Assembly (NCBI GenBank): GCA_035221665.1
Contig: CM069147.1
Location: 25,730,001-25,794,000, forward strand
Reading direction: 5' to 3'
DNA from: Okamejei kenojei
Taxonomy: Eukaryota
DNA length: 64,000 bases
The notes below the pieces were generated by a model. That model ran no database searches and had not been told where the DNA came from. It was given only the letters and a program-made list of their open reading frames with translations. The first letter of the stretch is position 1. Each line of letters begins with the position of its first letter. The position numbers were made by a program, and so were the translations under genes. Below, piece by piece: positions 23,846 to 36,036 of the stretch.

Positions 23846-25469
23846 AACCTCACTGTTTGTTGAAAATGAATAATGAATAGACTTCGGTGACTTGCACAAA
23901 AAAACAATAATGATTATTAGACTTCGGTGACTTGCAGGTACCTTTGTATATCACCATTTCCGCATATCTCACACTAAAAGAAAATATAATCGGACCTGTG
24001 CACTGTCTGTCTACGTGTGTGTATAATTTCAATTTCTCCTCATGGTACTCATCTGCCTCGGCATTTACTCATTGTATTTCATCTGTCGTGACATATCTAC
24101 TCATCCACGTATTTCTAAGGCAAGCTAAACCTGGCCACCTTGCCGAATCCGTTGATTAAACCTGTTCATACTTCAATAACGTATCATTTCATTTTCATTG
24201 GGCTGAGCTTCCACATTGAGAAGTGTCTGTTTATTCCGATTCATCGCTCTTTCGCATCATCAACCAAGACACAATTCACACGTCTCTACTGATCCCTATT
24301 CTAAGTGCATCTTTTATTTTTCACCCGGCTTCGATTTTGAAAAAGCTTTGGGAGATTGAAAGTCTGTGGTAACCCAAAAAGCAGCAGCCGCTTGCAGACG
24401 CACCACGATTGTGCCACTACTAGAATAACAAGGGCAGCACATGTTTGCTATAATACTTGATCCGACTTTCCCGTTTCGCGGCGATCCATTGTCCTCTCTT
24501 TCCCTCGCTCTCAAGTTCAAGTTCAATAACCAGTTAAATTTGAGTCACATACGTCATACGAAGGGAATAGAGTACAGTACACACTAAAATAAATTGTACA
24601 AAAACATGCACCACAGTGGAAATCAACATTCCTCACTGTGATGGAAGGCAATAAAGTTCAGTGATTTCCTGTTTTCTTCACGCGTGGTAGTCGGGGCCTT
24701 GATCCCTCTCCCCAGTTCGCCGCTGCCGACGGTCCGATGTCCAGGACCTCTCGGCGGGATAAATCGAAACTCGGCGTCCGGACGGATTGGAACACTCCGC
24801 GGCACGGTATAGGTAAGCGTTAAAACGAGTCGGCCTCTTTCTACCGGAGACCGCGGGCTGCACGGTGGTCAAGCCCACAGGCCCCGCGGACGGAGCTCTT
24901 CTTCTGGCGATCCTCGGTAAAGGATCCATGGACTCCAGCGATGGTGTAAGTCAGTCGCACCGCGGGGGGCTGAATCTTCGGGGGCCGGTATCCAGGAAAG
25001 GCGCAGCACCAGGTTGTTGAAAGTTTCACATTTATTCAGGAACTATCCAGAAATTATTATCCGAATCTATAGAACCTCAGAGGATAATATCCAATATATG
25101 TATTATATGTCAAAATTCTGCAAATCTGTGCAATATAGTAGACCAGCTGCGATTGGAATTCATTCAATTCTTAGGCGCATAAATCTCTTCAATGTTGGTA
25201 AATAGTAGATATGGGTTTCTACGTGTGCTCTGGTTTCTTCCTACATCCCAAACACTTGTAGTTTGTTGACTGCTGTAAATTTGCCCTTAACATGCAGGTA
25301 GTCGTGAAGGGCGAGGAAAGTGGGATAACATGGAACTGGTGTCAAGGGGTTGGCGTGGATTCGATGCTCCGATGGGACTGTTTCAATATTCTCTATATTC
25401 TATACTCTTTAGTACACATTTTAGATTTTTATTCACCGGCCTATCATATAAGCCAATTTGGTTGCCTAG

Positions 25470-26005
25470 TTATAGGAAGGATTGTCAACAAAATAGAGAG
25501 AGTACAGAGGAGATTTACTAGAATGTTGGCCAGGGTTCCAGCAACTATGTTACAGAAGAAAGGTTGAACAAGTTAGGTCTTTATTCTTTGGAGCGCAGAA
25601 GGTTAAGGGGGGACTTGATTGAGGTCTTTAAAATGATGAAAGGGTATAGACAGAGTTTGACGTGGATACGTTTTTCCCATTGAGGGTAGGAAGATTCAAA
25701 CAAGAGGGCATGACATGAGAATTAAGGGACAGAAGTTTCGGCTGGTAGGTAACGTGAGGGGGAACTTCTTTACTCAGAGGGTGGTGGCTGTGTGGATGAG
25801 CTTCCAGCAGAAGTGGTGGAGGCAGGATCTCGATTTTAACATTTAAGACTAAAGTGGATAGGTATATGGACGTGAAGGGAATGGAGGGGTATCGTTGAGT
25901 GCAGGTAGATGGGACTAGGCGGTTAAACAAATGGTCGGCACGGGACTGGAAGGGCCGAGAGGGCCTGTTTCCGTGCTGTAATTGTTATTATGGATGTTAT
26001 GGTTA
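25470..26005 (+). mobile_element. CR1 3' fragment
   Basis: [13 protein letters not shown]; (atgtt)-type tail. Confidence 0.8.
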
Positions 26006-26370
26006 TAAGCCTTTGTTTGCCTTTTTCCCCAAGGCAAAGATAATGTACAGTATATGATTATTTTGTTCTACGCGTTGGTTTTCTTCTCCCATTCTAACTG
26101 CTACAGTATCTGTAAAGCGCCTTAGATTTGACTGGCGATGCATTTTCCTTCGACACATTCCACGAATTTCTATTTATGTATTTTCTCGTTGCGTTATTTT
26201 AATATTCTTACTTTCCATTGGCCATATCATTTAAAGCATCTGTAAAAGTTAATCGGATGAAGCTGCATCAAATCAAAACTTTCATGATACACAAAATGTG
26301 CCATATTCTCTCGATAATATCTGCAACGTCAGTGTCCCTCCGTGAACATGAATGTGCTTCTCCTGCGCGA

Positions 26371-26388
26371 TGACGTAAAAAGTGAAAC
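26371..26388 (+). promoter_or_regulatory. CRE/ATF site adjacent to an IRF-type element upstream of gene B
   Basis: TGACGTAA overlapping AAAAGTGAAAC, ~130 nt upstream of the candidate leader ATG. Confidence 0.35.
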
Positions 26389-26500
26389 AGAACCACTGGG
26401 CCACGCGGTATTGCTGCAAGGCCGGTCGCCAACAAGCTTCACTGCTTGACTCGCTGTCAGAGAGCTAACATCGGGTTGAATTTCACTGCTTTTGTTCAGA

Positions 26501-26557
26501 ATGTTTATGTTTCACCGTGCTGCTGTGTATCTCGATCTTGGCACAATAGTTACACTG
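26501..26557 (+). pseudogene. Gene B, candidate leader exon
   Basis: ATG, a hydrophobic FTVLLCISILA in a shifted frame, and a donor-like |gttaat ~205 nt before the V exon. Confidence 0.3.
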
Positions 26558-26762
26558 GTTAATATATTTATCTCTATTAAATGAAAATAACAGGGGAAAA
26601 TAAGTCAATCCGCCCCGTTAAGTATAAGATGTACAACTTTCAAACTTCTATCCTACTGTACTCTTACTTTTCGGTCGATCTATTCAGCCTTTTGGATTTT
26701 TATCAAATTGGTTCATTGTCATTTCACAAGTTTAACGTGTGTTTTTTTAAAAATTCTGACAG

Positions 26763-27090
26763 TAATGACCGGCCTTCTCGTTCAAGTGTGGGCGTGCGTC
26801 AGGTTCCGATAAGGTAACGAAGGTGAAAGGTGTAAATGTATCCTTATACTGTGCTTTCCAAAACTTCGATCGGGAAGCACTGCTGGATGTATACTGGAAG
26901 ATAAGAGGGTCAAGAAGAGACTTGGTCCCACCCCAAACAGGAGGATGACAACGAACAACGTCCCGAAGGGATTTGCCGAATTACTTTTGTTAGCGTGGGG
27001 TTCCGTGACTCGGGGTCTATTATTGCAGTGTGAGGAGATAGGCAAAGGAAACAGTTCCGAAGGGCCAATGGGCGAGGATTATTGTAAACG
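26763..27090 (+). pseudogene. Gene B: second, divergent V-set Ig exon (frameshifted as assembled)
   Basis: Acceptor ttctgacag|, donor G|gtgtgagt. Frame-hopping translation VTKVKGVNVSLYCAFQNFDREALLDVYWKIRG / RRMTTNNVPKGFAELLLL / VGFRDSG / YYCSVR / RIIVN. Some shifts are single-base losses next to short homopolymers. Confidence 0.8.
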
Positions 27091-27320
27091 GTGTGAGTCT
27101 TACTTGATGTTTAGTTATCCCAATAGAAACACATACATATGGTGTGCTACAGAGTTAAAAAAAATAGCGATAAACGAACCGTTGTTGCTCAGTCTGTACT
27201 AGAGGTTTTGCTTCCAATTAATGTATTTAGTTTTTCGTGATGGTGAACCATGGATTCTTTGGACAATCATTATTCTTTCCTTTCATATCATTTAGTTATT
27301 TTTTTTATGTCTGGGTTAAG

Positions 27321-27574
27321 TCTCTCGGCGGGACCTCAACCTGCATCCAGCGAATGGATATAGATTAAGATTTCAGGTCAATGAAATGGGAAACCATCAT
27401 TATGTTAGCGAGTATTGTAGCTGCAAGTCGGTTTAGTCAAAAAAACATGCGTTCGCGTGAGACCTGTGATATCCAGATGATTGAACTTTCTTGGCAGATC
27501 ACGAATTGAGCGTTTATTTTGCAGAAATCCATGTTTGATCCATTTTATGTAGCTATTTCTTGTCCATTAATAAA
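27321..27574 (+). pseudogene. Gene B, candidate TM exon (27321-27456), short tail exon (27525-27538, QIHV*) and AATAAA (27569-27574)
   Basis: ttaag| ... TIIMLASIVAASRFSQKNMRS |gtgaga, then ttattttgcag|AAATCCATGTTTGA and a polyA signal. Indels must be assumed. Confidence 0.3.
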
Positions 27575-29449
27575 TGTTTAAAAAACGTTGTTGTTGAAGA
27601 AACATTGGTGAATAGTGAGCGTGAATATATTCTAACCGCCAATATTGTGTAATTGACTATTCTACATGAATTTTAGGAAATCATAGTTTCAAACAAATGA
27701 ATGATAAAATACGAGTCACGACCACATGCACCTACAGAAATTCAGTTTATGCCGATAACGTGATAGCGGAATCTGAAGTAACAAAAGGTTCATTGATAAA
27801 AAATTGATATTAAAGAAATTCAGAGGTATCGTAAGTGAAGAATACGGTGGGGTGCGTTGGTGGCGTATTAGTGTGGGTGGATGATGAAAAAAAAACACAA
27901 TTACATTTATAAACGGGGGGAAATCTGAGAACAATGCAAGTCACAAAATATGTAAACAAAGGAGATGAATAGTTGAGTACCAGAATTCAAATGATTAATT
28001 TGCAAATTGAGATATATTAATCAAAACGCTATCCGTATTTTACGGTCGAGTTTCATTGGTAATCTGCAGAGCGTCGAGGGGGAGAACAGAAGCTTCAGTC
28101 TGGGAATGATAATACACTGTCAGCGTCATACTCGATTTCTGGGTGGAATATGCCAGAAATACTTCACCACCAAAGCTCTTACCTTCACACGATCTTCTCC
28201 TCCGCATAGCGCACTATTTCATTACCACATCTGCCACTACTGATACACACAGAACGCTCGCTACCTTGTCCAGCTTTAAGTACCGTGACATGTATTGCGA
28301 ACACGGACAATTACCTAAGCATTCATCAATTTTGAAAACGTATAACTGCTCAAAAAAAAGGAATTCAACAACATCCTAAACATGAACATAAATAGGCTCT
28401 TCGGCCACAATTTTCGGTTGCCCGAATTATGATGCAAACTAAATTATATCGTCTTTGCGAAGACATATCCTGCCAGTCCTCCATTTGCCAATTTAACCAT
28501 GTCGTGAGATACCCATATCGTATCTGTCTTTGCAACAAACGCTGATGTAGTTAAGCTGGAAATGGGTATTGATGCACTATCTAAAGAGGATAGGTTGCCA
28601 GGCGCGATGGTTCTGTGCGATAGGGAGAGCTGAGGAGGTTATGGACTTGGATGTCTTGCAGCGCAGGAGGGTAAGGGGGATCTTGTTGAGGTTTAGATGA
28701 GCTGGTCATGGGGGGGGGGCGGTGGTTGGGGGGGGGAGTGGTGGCTGCGGGGTGTGTGGTTTTTTGATGGTGGGGATCAGGTTTGTGTTGATTGGCATGT
28801 GACAGGGATAAAATCGGGTATAATGCATCGCCCTTTTACCAGAAACAGTGAAATGAAGACTATGTAAGCGAAACATTTCACCACATTAAATTACAATAAC
28901 AAGAGAAGTGTTCGTCGCAGTTGAAAAGAGCAATTATGGAGCAGCGCTTTACCAGGAAAGCGAAATTGTCAGTTACATGCACCCTTCTTGCAAGGAAACG
29001 ATTTAATTTGCTTTCCAACAGGTGTTATTTTATTTATAATTTCACGGTCTTGATGGACTCTGCTTCAAGCACATTTCTGTCCTCTACTTCAGGTTCAAGT
29101 CCAAGTTTACATTTATTGTGTCAAACATGCACCGAATTAGTTGCAGTTGAGATTTTGAGTATAATTCAACCATACAAATAAAAATAACACAATGAAGATT
29201 AATTTAACTTGAACAAAACCCCCCCCCCCCCCCCCAACCCCAAGGGGGGGGGGGGGGGGGCGGACTCATCGTTTCCCACTGTGAGGGGAAGGCAATAATG
29301 TTCAGTCATTTCACCTCTTTGTTTCACCGTGGTCGGGGCCTCCGGCCACGGGTGAACTCCTGGTTTAAGCCCTCCGCATTGCCGGCTAGGACGGCCCGAA
29401 GTACAGGTTCCTGAATCTGGATCTGGATGCAATATGCTGACAAGCTCTA

Positions 29450-30960
29450 GATAGGAGCATCATTCAGCACTATTATGGAGTGTGGACGTGCTTAAGTCCA
29501 GATGGAGGATGCTTTTGGAGTGCATCTTTGTATGTGCTGATGTGTTTAGAGATCTCTGTGCTGGCCTGGTAGGGTATTCCAATCCCTGCTGTCTTAAAAA
29601 AAAGGAGTATAAAACTGTGCTAATGAAGTGGCCGTGCGGGAATGTAAATAATTCCAGGTTGTTAGCTTTAGTTGACAGCCTTGGTTATCTGATGTGGTCT
29701 CATCTTTGAATCCAATAGGGTATTATTGATCTTGTGGCAATCGTTGGTCAGTCTGATTGATCTTGCGTAGGCGGGGGGGGGGGGGGGGGGATGAGTAGTA
29801 GGTGGATGAAGTTTTAAGGTCCTTTATCATGCTTGAGCTCTACCACTAGATGTAGTTGTATAGATTATTGAACCGTGCTGGCATCTTGTTTTTGTAGATT
29901 GCCTTTGGACTCCTTCATTGATTTTCCTTGAGTGATAGGATCCATCATGGAGCAGCAATATTAACATGTGTACATACAAAGGATTTTATATGCTTGGATC
30001 TTAACTTCTTTGGTTGCATTTTTGCAGATTGCGACTAGAAAGCTGATGGACACTACTGGCTTCGGCTGTTGCTTCCATTCCCAAATGTTGGTGTTCCATT
30101 TATACATTGTTTTTCAGAAAAGTAACTCCTAAAGTAATTAAACTAGATACAGCATTAGCTGATGTCCAGAATGTTATAGGAATGATGGATTGGGTTTAGA
30201 TTTCCGTGTATAACGCATGGACCGCATTCATGTTTTTGGTTTGAAACATCATTTGCATTTCTTCTTCCATCTTCCTCCAGAGAGTGAGATCTTTTTTGAA
30301 GCTTCAGGCACAATTCATCATGAGATTTGATTAGTCGATAAACCATACATCGTCGGCGAAGTGGCAGACCTTAGATGGTGATGTTATTTGGGAGACTGTT
30401 ATAGTAGACTAAAAAAAACAGCGGTCCCAGCACAGTGCCCTGTGGCACGTCAGAGTCGACATGGGTGGTTTTGAGGATGTTTCCCTGGACTACAACTGAG
30501 CTGCTCCCTCTGAGTTCAAAAGCTAGTATCTAGGAGTGAAGTGAGCCCTTACACCCAAAGTATTTGAGTTGGTGAAGATGCCTCTGATGTGGAACTAGTT
30601 TGTCGAAAGCTTTTGCAAATTCTGCCACAACTTGCGTCACTTTGTTTTGGTTTCTTCCAGAGAGTCTGAAAGATTTTGTGAATTGTGTTATCAGCTGAGC
30701 ATCATATGATCGTTCGGGCCCGGAAACAATGTCGCGTATGACCTGAGGATGTTGTTTCTCTCAAGTGTACCCCATGATATGTCGATAGATGACCGTTATC
30801 TAATGTTTACAACAAAACTGAGGTGGAGCGACACCAGCCCTGTAATTTGAAGGGTCAGTTCCACTCCCCTTCTTAAATAAAGGCAGTGATTGAGTAGTAG
30901 TGATGTTGACTTGCCCTCCAATCACGAGGAGCTTCCACCTCTCTGAAACACTCTACAGAG
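29450..30960 (-). mobile_element. Degenerate LINE RT (CR1/L2/Jockey group)
   Basis: Reverse-strand FAKAFDK, VPQGTVLGP and FADD motifs (gcttttgcaaa, gtgccctgtggcac, catcgtcggcgaa). Confidence 0.65.
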
Positions 30961-32299
30961 AGAGATGATTTTGAAAATGGGTGGTCACTTGTTTAAGTAA
31001 CACAATTTAAGTATTCTTGGTGATGTGCCATCTGGACCAGAGGTATTGATTGCCTTCTTAAATAGGATTGATAAACTTTCACAACTCTATTTAATTCCAC
31101 TCCCCCCACCCCGCCCACTCCCCCCCCCCCCCCCCCCCAAGAAAACCGCGGCACGGCGACTCGTAGCGGTAGAGTTGCTGCCTCAGCGCTTGCAGCGTCG
31201 GAGATCCCGTCGATCCTGATACGGCGTGTGGTCTGTCCGGAGAATGTACGTTCTCCGCGTGACCGCTGAATTCTCTCCGAGATCTTCTGTTTCCTCCCAC
31301 ACCCCAACGACGGACAGAGTATGTTGTAAGTTGGCTTGGTAAATGTAGAACATATCACCAAGTGTGTGTCTGATGGTGTTAATATGCGAGGGTTTCGTGG
31401 TTCTCGCGGAATCGATGACCCGAAGTTTCCGCACTGTATCTCTAAAATTAAAACACTAAAGGAAAACGCAGAATCCCCATGTATGGAGGGGGCGGTGTGC
31501 TTGATGCTGGCGCAATAAGCGTAGTTATGTCAGGTGATATCGATTATAGTATTATGACAGGTACATAATGATGTGGTTCAGTGAAGATATTCATCACATT
31601 GGAAGAAAGAAACAAATAGTGAGGTGGTACAAAATGGGGTTCGTTGTATTTTATTAAATAGAGAGTGTTGAAGGTGTTGGAGGTTCAAATGGTCCGAGCA
31701 TCACTCGGTGAATGATTGAATGTTTGCTTCAAACATTTTTTGTCTGTTATGATTCACATGAGTAATATTTTTGATGCAGACATCTGAGTGTTGGAAATCT
31801 ATCCCAAAGCGTTATAAGCGTGATAACCGCCATATGTATCAGAATCTGAACATATGAGCAGCAGCCATAAGCGGGTCTGTAGCACAGTTACTCAGCAAAC
31901 AAACCAAAAAGAAGGTCAATTAGAAAAACTATATTAGTGCAAAACAAAACAAATGTCCAAAGTTCGGAGTACAAAAAAGACGGTTCGTATTCGATGTTTG
32001 GTTGGTGTTTGTAGTGTATAATAGCCTGATGGTTGTTGGGGGAAAAACTGTTTCTGAGAATTGGAGGTCAGTGTTTTCAAATGGCCTAGCCTTTTCTCAA
32101 CGGCTTGTCGTGGCAATTGCAGTGTGGCAAGGTTTTGTCGGGTCTGATGATGCTGGCTAACCTTTTTGGGGCAGCTTTCCTATAGATCTCTTCGATCTTT
32201 TTGTAATTCCGTATCCTGGGTTGTTCGCGTTACCGAACCAGGCCATGATGCAACCTGTTAATACGCTCTCTACCATATATTTTAAAGGATTAAAGATGT

Positions 32300-32810
32300 T
32301 GCTTTCGATTAAAGATTGTTGCTACCATGGAAAGGGTGCAGAGAAGGATTACGAGGTGTTGTTCACGACTAGTGGGTCTGAGCTGTAGGGTGAGGTGGAG
32401 TAGGTATTCATTGATGCGCAGGAGGATGAATTTGGCTTGGTGTGATTCTATGGAGGTTTATAAATTCATAGAGAGGAATAGTTCCGGTAGGTGCACAGAG
32501 CCTCTTGGCCGTGTAGGTGAATCGAGGACAAAATTACATAGGTTTAAGGTTGAGGGGGGAAAATATTTAATAGAAAACTGGAGGGGGAACCTTTTCAGCA
32601 AAGGGTGATGGGTTATGGAACAAAACTGCACGAGCATGTAGTTGAGGTACAGCGGGCTATACCGAAGTTTGGGGACGGATTTATGGATAGGGACAGGTTT
32701 TGAGGGATATGGGCCAAATGGGCGGGCAGGTGGGACGAGTGTAGCTTGGTCATGTTCGCCGTTGTGGGGAAGTTGGGCCGAAGGGCATGTTCCACAGTGA
32801 ATGGACTCTA
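32300..32810 (+). mobile_element. CR1 3' fragment
   Basis: MERVQRRITR..., ctctatgactcc tail. Confidence 0.7.
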
Positions 32811-34462
32811 TGACTCCAATGACAACATATCGAATCTCCTCAATCTTCTTTAGAAATTGAAAGCATTGGTGGGCTTTCATATGAATGTATGGATGTGTGG
32901 AGTTCGGGACAGATCTTCAGAAATATGCATTGCCAAAAAAACGTGAAGTGTTTAGACTCACTCCATCACTGACAAGTCAATGAAGAAGGATTGACTATCC
33001 TTGTCCCTTCCTCTCCTCAAGTCAACAATTCAGCAATCTTACTGAATTGAGAAGCCAGATTGTTTGTTCCGGCACATTTTGAATCAGATGATGGATCTCC
33101 CACGCTCTAGTCTGACACATCATTAAAAAAATTACCTTTAATTAGTTCCATTCCAATAAACCGGGTGGTGCGTGTAGTCTGCAAATTTACAGGTTGAGTG
33201 GGAAATGTCTCCCGGGTACACATAATGGTATTGTTGATGAGACACCAGCCTTGAGTGACACTGTGCTGATGGTTAGCGAGGAGGAAGTGTGAGGAATGTC
33301 GACAGCTTCGCGGGCATTGTTTCTCAGTTCCAATTCTGGCCATTTGGGTACATGCTGTTAGAACATTATGGATTATCTCCAGTGATTTTCTTCTTTCCTC
33401 TGTGTTATTTCTCTTATAGATGTGCTTCTTTATTCTTGCGTATGGAGTGCCACAGCTAAAGTTGTAGGACAACTTGTTCTATTTGATATTTATTTGATTG
33501 TGCACGCAAGGTTGATTGTATTCGTCGAAAACCGAAACAGGGCGCACCAGTGAATGGTTGCAATCTCCCACAACCTAGATGTTAGCAGCTAGATGTCAAA
33601 GACCAATTGGATCACAGCCATACAATTCCACTCATGCTAATTGCTCAAATATCGTCTGCTCCTCTCTCTCATCCACGTTGCTGTAGTCAAGAAGTAATTC
33701 TAAATTTCATTTATCTGGATCCTCATTGAACTGTTCGTTTGTTGAACATTATTACAGTTTCCTTTGGGATGTCATTTTCCACAGGTTCAGTGTGAAGCAT
33801 TTCTCTACTGCACCTGTTGAGTCATTAAAGGCTACTATAGGAGTAGTATTTTCGTGCTATTGTATTATATCTGTACACATCATAACCAAGGCCAATATTT
33901 GTGCCTGTGCACGGAACAGTTGCAGCCTCTTACAGCGACAGAGGCCCGCGTTGGAATGCCTAGCTAAGGTGCTTGCTGTATGGAGTTTGTACATTTGATA
34001 ATATAATACGAGGGCGCTTCACTTCACCAGTTGTTATTATAATTGGAGGGAAGCAATTACGGTGGATGGTATGATAGTGTAGGACCTATAATTATCCTCA
34101 TATTTTAACATAAGCTAATGGTGAGATGTAATGTCTTTATTTCTCAATTGTTCCTCATCGTTAGTCATTGGATCGACTGAAAGATATGATTTACTTAATC
34201 AGACAGATTTACTATTAGTCATATTTCCTAGCTCAGACCTCGAACCTATTACCTTGATCTATTTTTGATCTATTGCTACTTGGTTCATAATTTGATATTA
34301 TGTCCTGAATATAATTGGCATTGGGTTGACACTGTGCAAGAATTGAATTTAGAGGGAATTAAAGGAAAATGAAAAAGCGGATTCTTCGAAGGTTTTCTTC
34401 AATGAGATATAATGGGGCGATGGCGCGGTGTTAATGCTCACAGTTTTTTGACTTCACAACAG

Positions 34463-34547
34463 ATTTAGCGGACTGTTATACTGTGCAGTAAACATCTTTT
34501 GTTTTTGTTAGTATATTTTTGTATAGTTGTATCTATCTACTACATAG
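34463..34547 (+). pseudogene. Orphan TM-like exon with intramembrane Lys
   Basis: Acceptor ttttttgacttcacaacag|, donor AG|gtatca. Restoring two homopolymer bases gives a 29-codon phase-1/1 exon DFSGLLYCAVKHLLFLLVYFCIVVSIYYI. Confidence 0.45.
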
Positions 34548-36036
34548 GTATCAATTATTTCATTATACATAACATTCCTTTTGTTTTTGACAATCTTATT
34601 CAATCTTATGACAAAGTCAAAAACAATTGCAAATGTGCATCTTGTATTATTCCTACCTCACCTTTTAGGTGGCCGTGCCCACCATCCCTTCGCCGAGCGA
34701 TCCATAAGTCCCCATTTACTGCTACGTTTCTATGCTACATACGGCTGGGGCGTGAGGGTGGTTTTTGGAAACACACTGCTGAGAGAAGAAGCTTCTCCTG
34801 AACTGCATCTACTATTTCATCTTTACTTTACCACTCCTAACCTTCAAACATTCCCAGACAAGAGATACTACGTCGAATTTTTACTTTGCCGATTCCCTCG
34901 AACCCTTCTGTAGCTGGAGTCCAGTGCTGGACAATGAGTGATGGCCAATTGGCACACACAAACACCTGCCATTACCTTGTTCATTTCCAAATCAAAATTA
35001 GTAAGAAAGGATATTTTCTTCCACAAACACGTTTTACAAAAATATAAACGCTATCATTGGAATACAGTCCTAGAGCAGAAAACAGACATTTCAGCTGAAC
35101 TTTGGCAATCGCTGACCGAGAAGTCCCACGTAATTGGCCCATATCCCTCAAAAACCTTTCCCCCTTGTATCGTCCAATGTCTGGTAAAATCACCCTGACT
35201 CAGCGGGACCTCATCTGGCACATCACTTCCATATACCCCACACTGCATCTGCATGAAGGAGGATGCCACTTAGGTTCTTGGTAAGTGTTCCCCTTCTCCC
35301 TTCCCTATGATTTCAGTCCACAAAATACAAATTCTACCATCCACCTTTGCTTCCTTACATGGAGCCATTTCTTACCATAGTAAATCGATTTTTGAAAACA
35401 TACGGGGACACAACAAATTCCCTGGGCGTGGCCGATGGACAAGTGTGCATGTCAACGAAACAATTTTATCTCCTCCCACTACACCACTCCTTTGAACAAC
35501 TAGAAGCACGTTTTATGTATTACCGTAATCCCCGGGCTCGCCTGGTAACGCACACAACCTCGCAACACAAAAACACCAGTTAATCTGTAAACTGGCTTGA
35601 ACTGAAGAATGGACACAAAAAGCTGGAGAGTAGTAACTCAGCAGAACAGGCAGCATCTTGGACGAGAAGGACTGCGTGACGTTTTAGGGTCCGAAAAACA
35701 TTCTTCAGACCTGAAGACTACGTCTGAAAGGTCTGGACCGTAATGCCACTCATTCCTTCTCTCGGATGGTGCCTGTCTCATGAGACACACCCGCATTGTG
35801 TGTCCATCTTCGGTGTGACAGTTGTCTCATTTAATCGGCTTCCATGGTATTGTGCGGCATGGAAGAGACGCTTTACATGCCGCTTGCATCTATTCATTTG
35901 CGAGATGAGGGATGGACTGGATGTGAACATAGGCGAAAGCAAAAGACATAGTTAGGACAGGGAATAATCCCACTACTTAATTAACCAGGTGTTCCCGATG
36001 TTAATCTATTTTATAATGTAACTATTTTTGTTTTTA

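Noticed and set aside
23878-23936. Short direct duplications (tagacttcggtgacttgca x2; also 56856-56898 and 246-450)
   Set aside because: Ordinary local tandem duplications with no further structure.
24612-24640. CACAGTG...CACTGTG heptamers (also 5492, 9183) as recombination signal sequences
   Set aside because: No nonamer was seen at 12/23 spacing (the 5492 site runs into the N gap), they lie inside interspersed repeats, and they are not adjacent to V exons.
28183-28275. Minus-strand TM-like segment with strong gtaaga donor
   Set aside because: In-frame stop, weak acceptor and no upstream Ig exon found; insufficient support.
34975-35071. Minus-strand exon-like segment GLYSNDSVYIFVKRVCGRKYPFLLILIWK*
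   Set aside because: It has splice-like ends but an in-frame stop, a poor TM character and no linked ectodomain exon.
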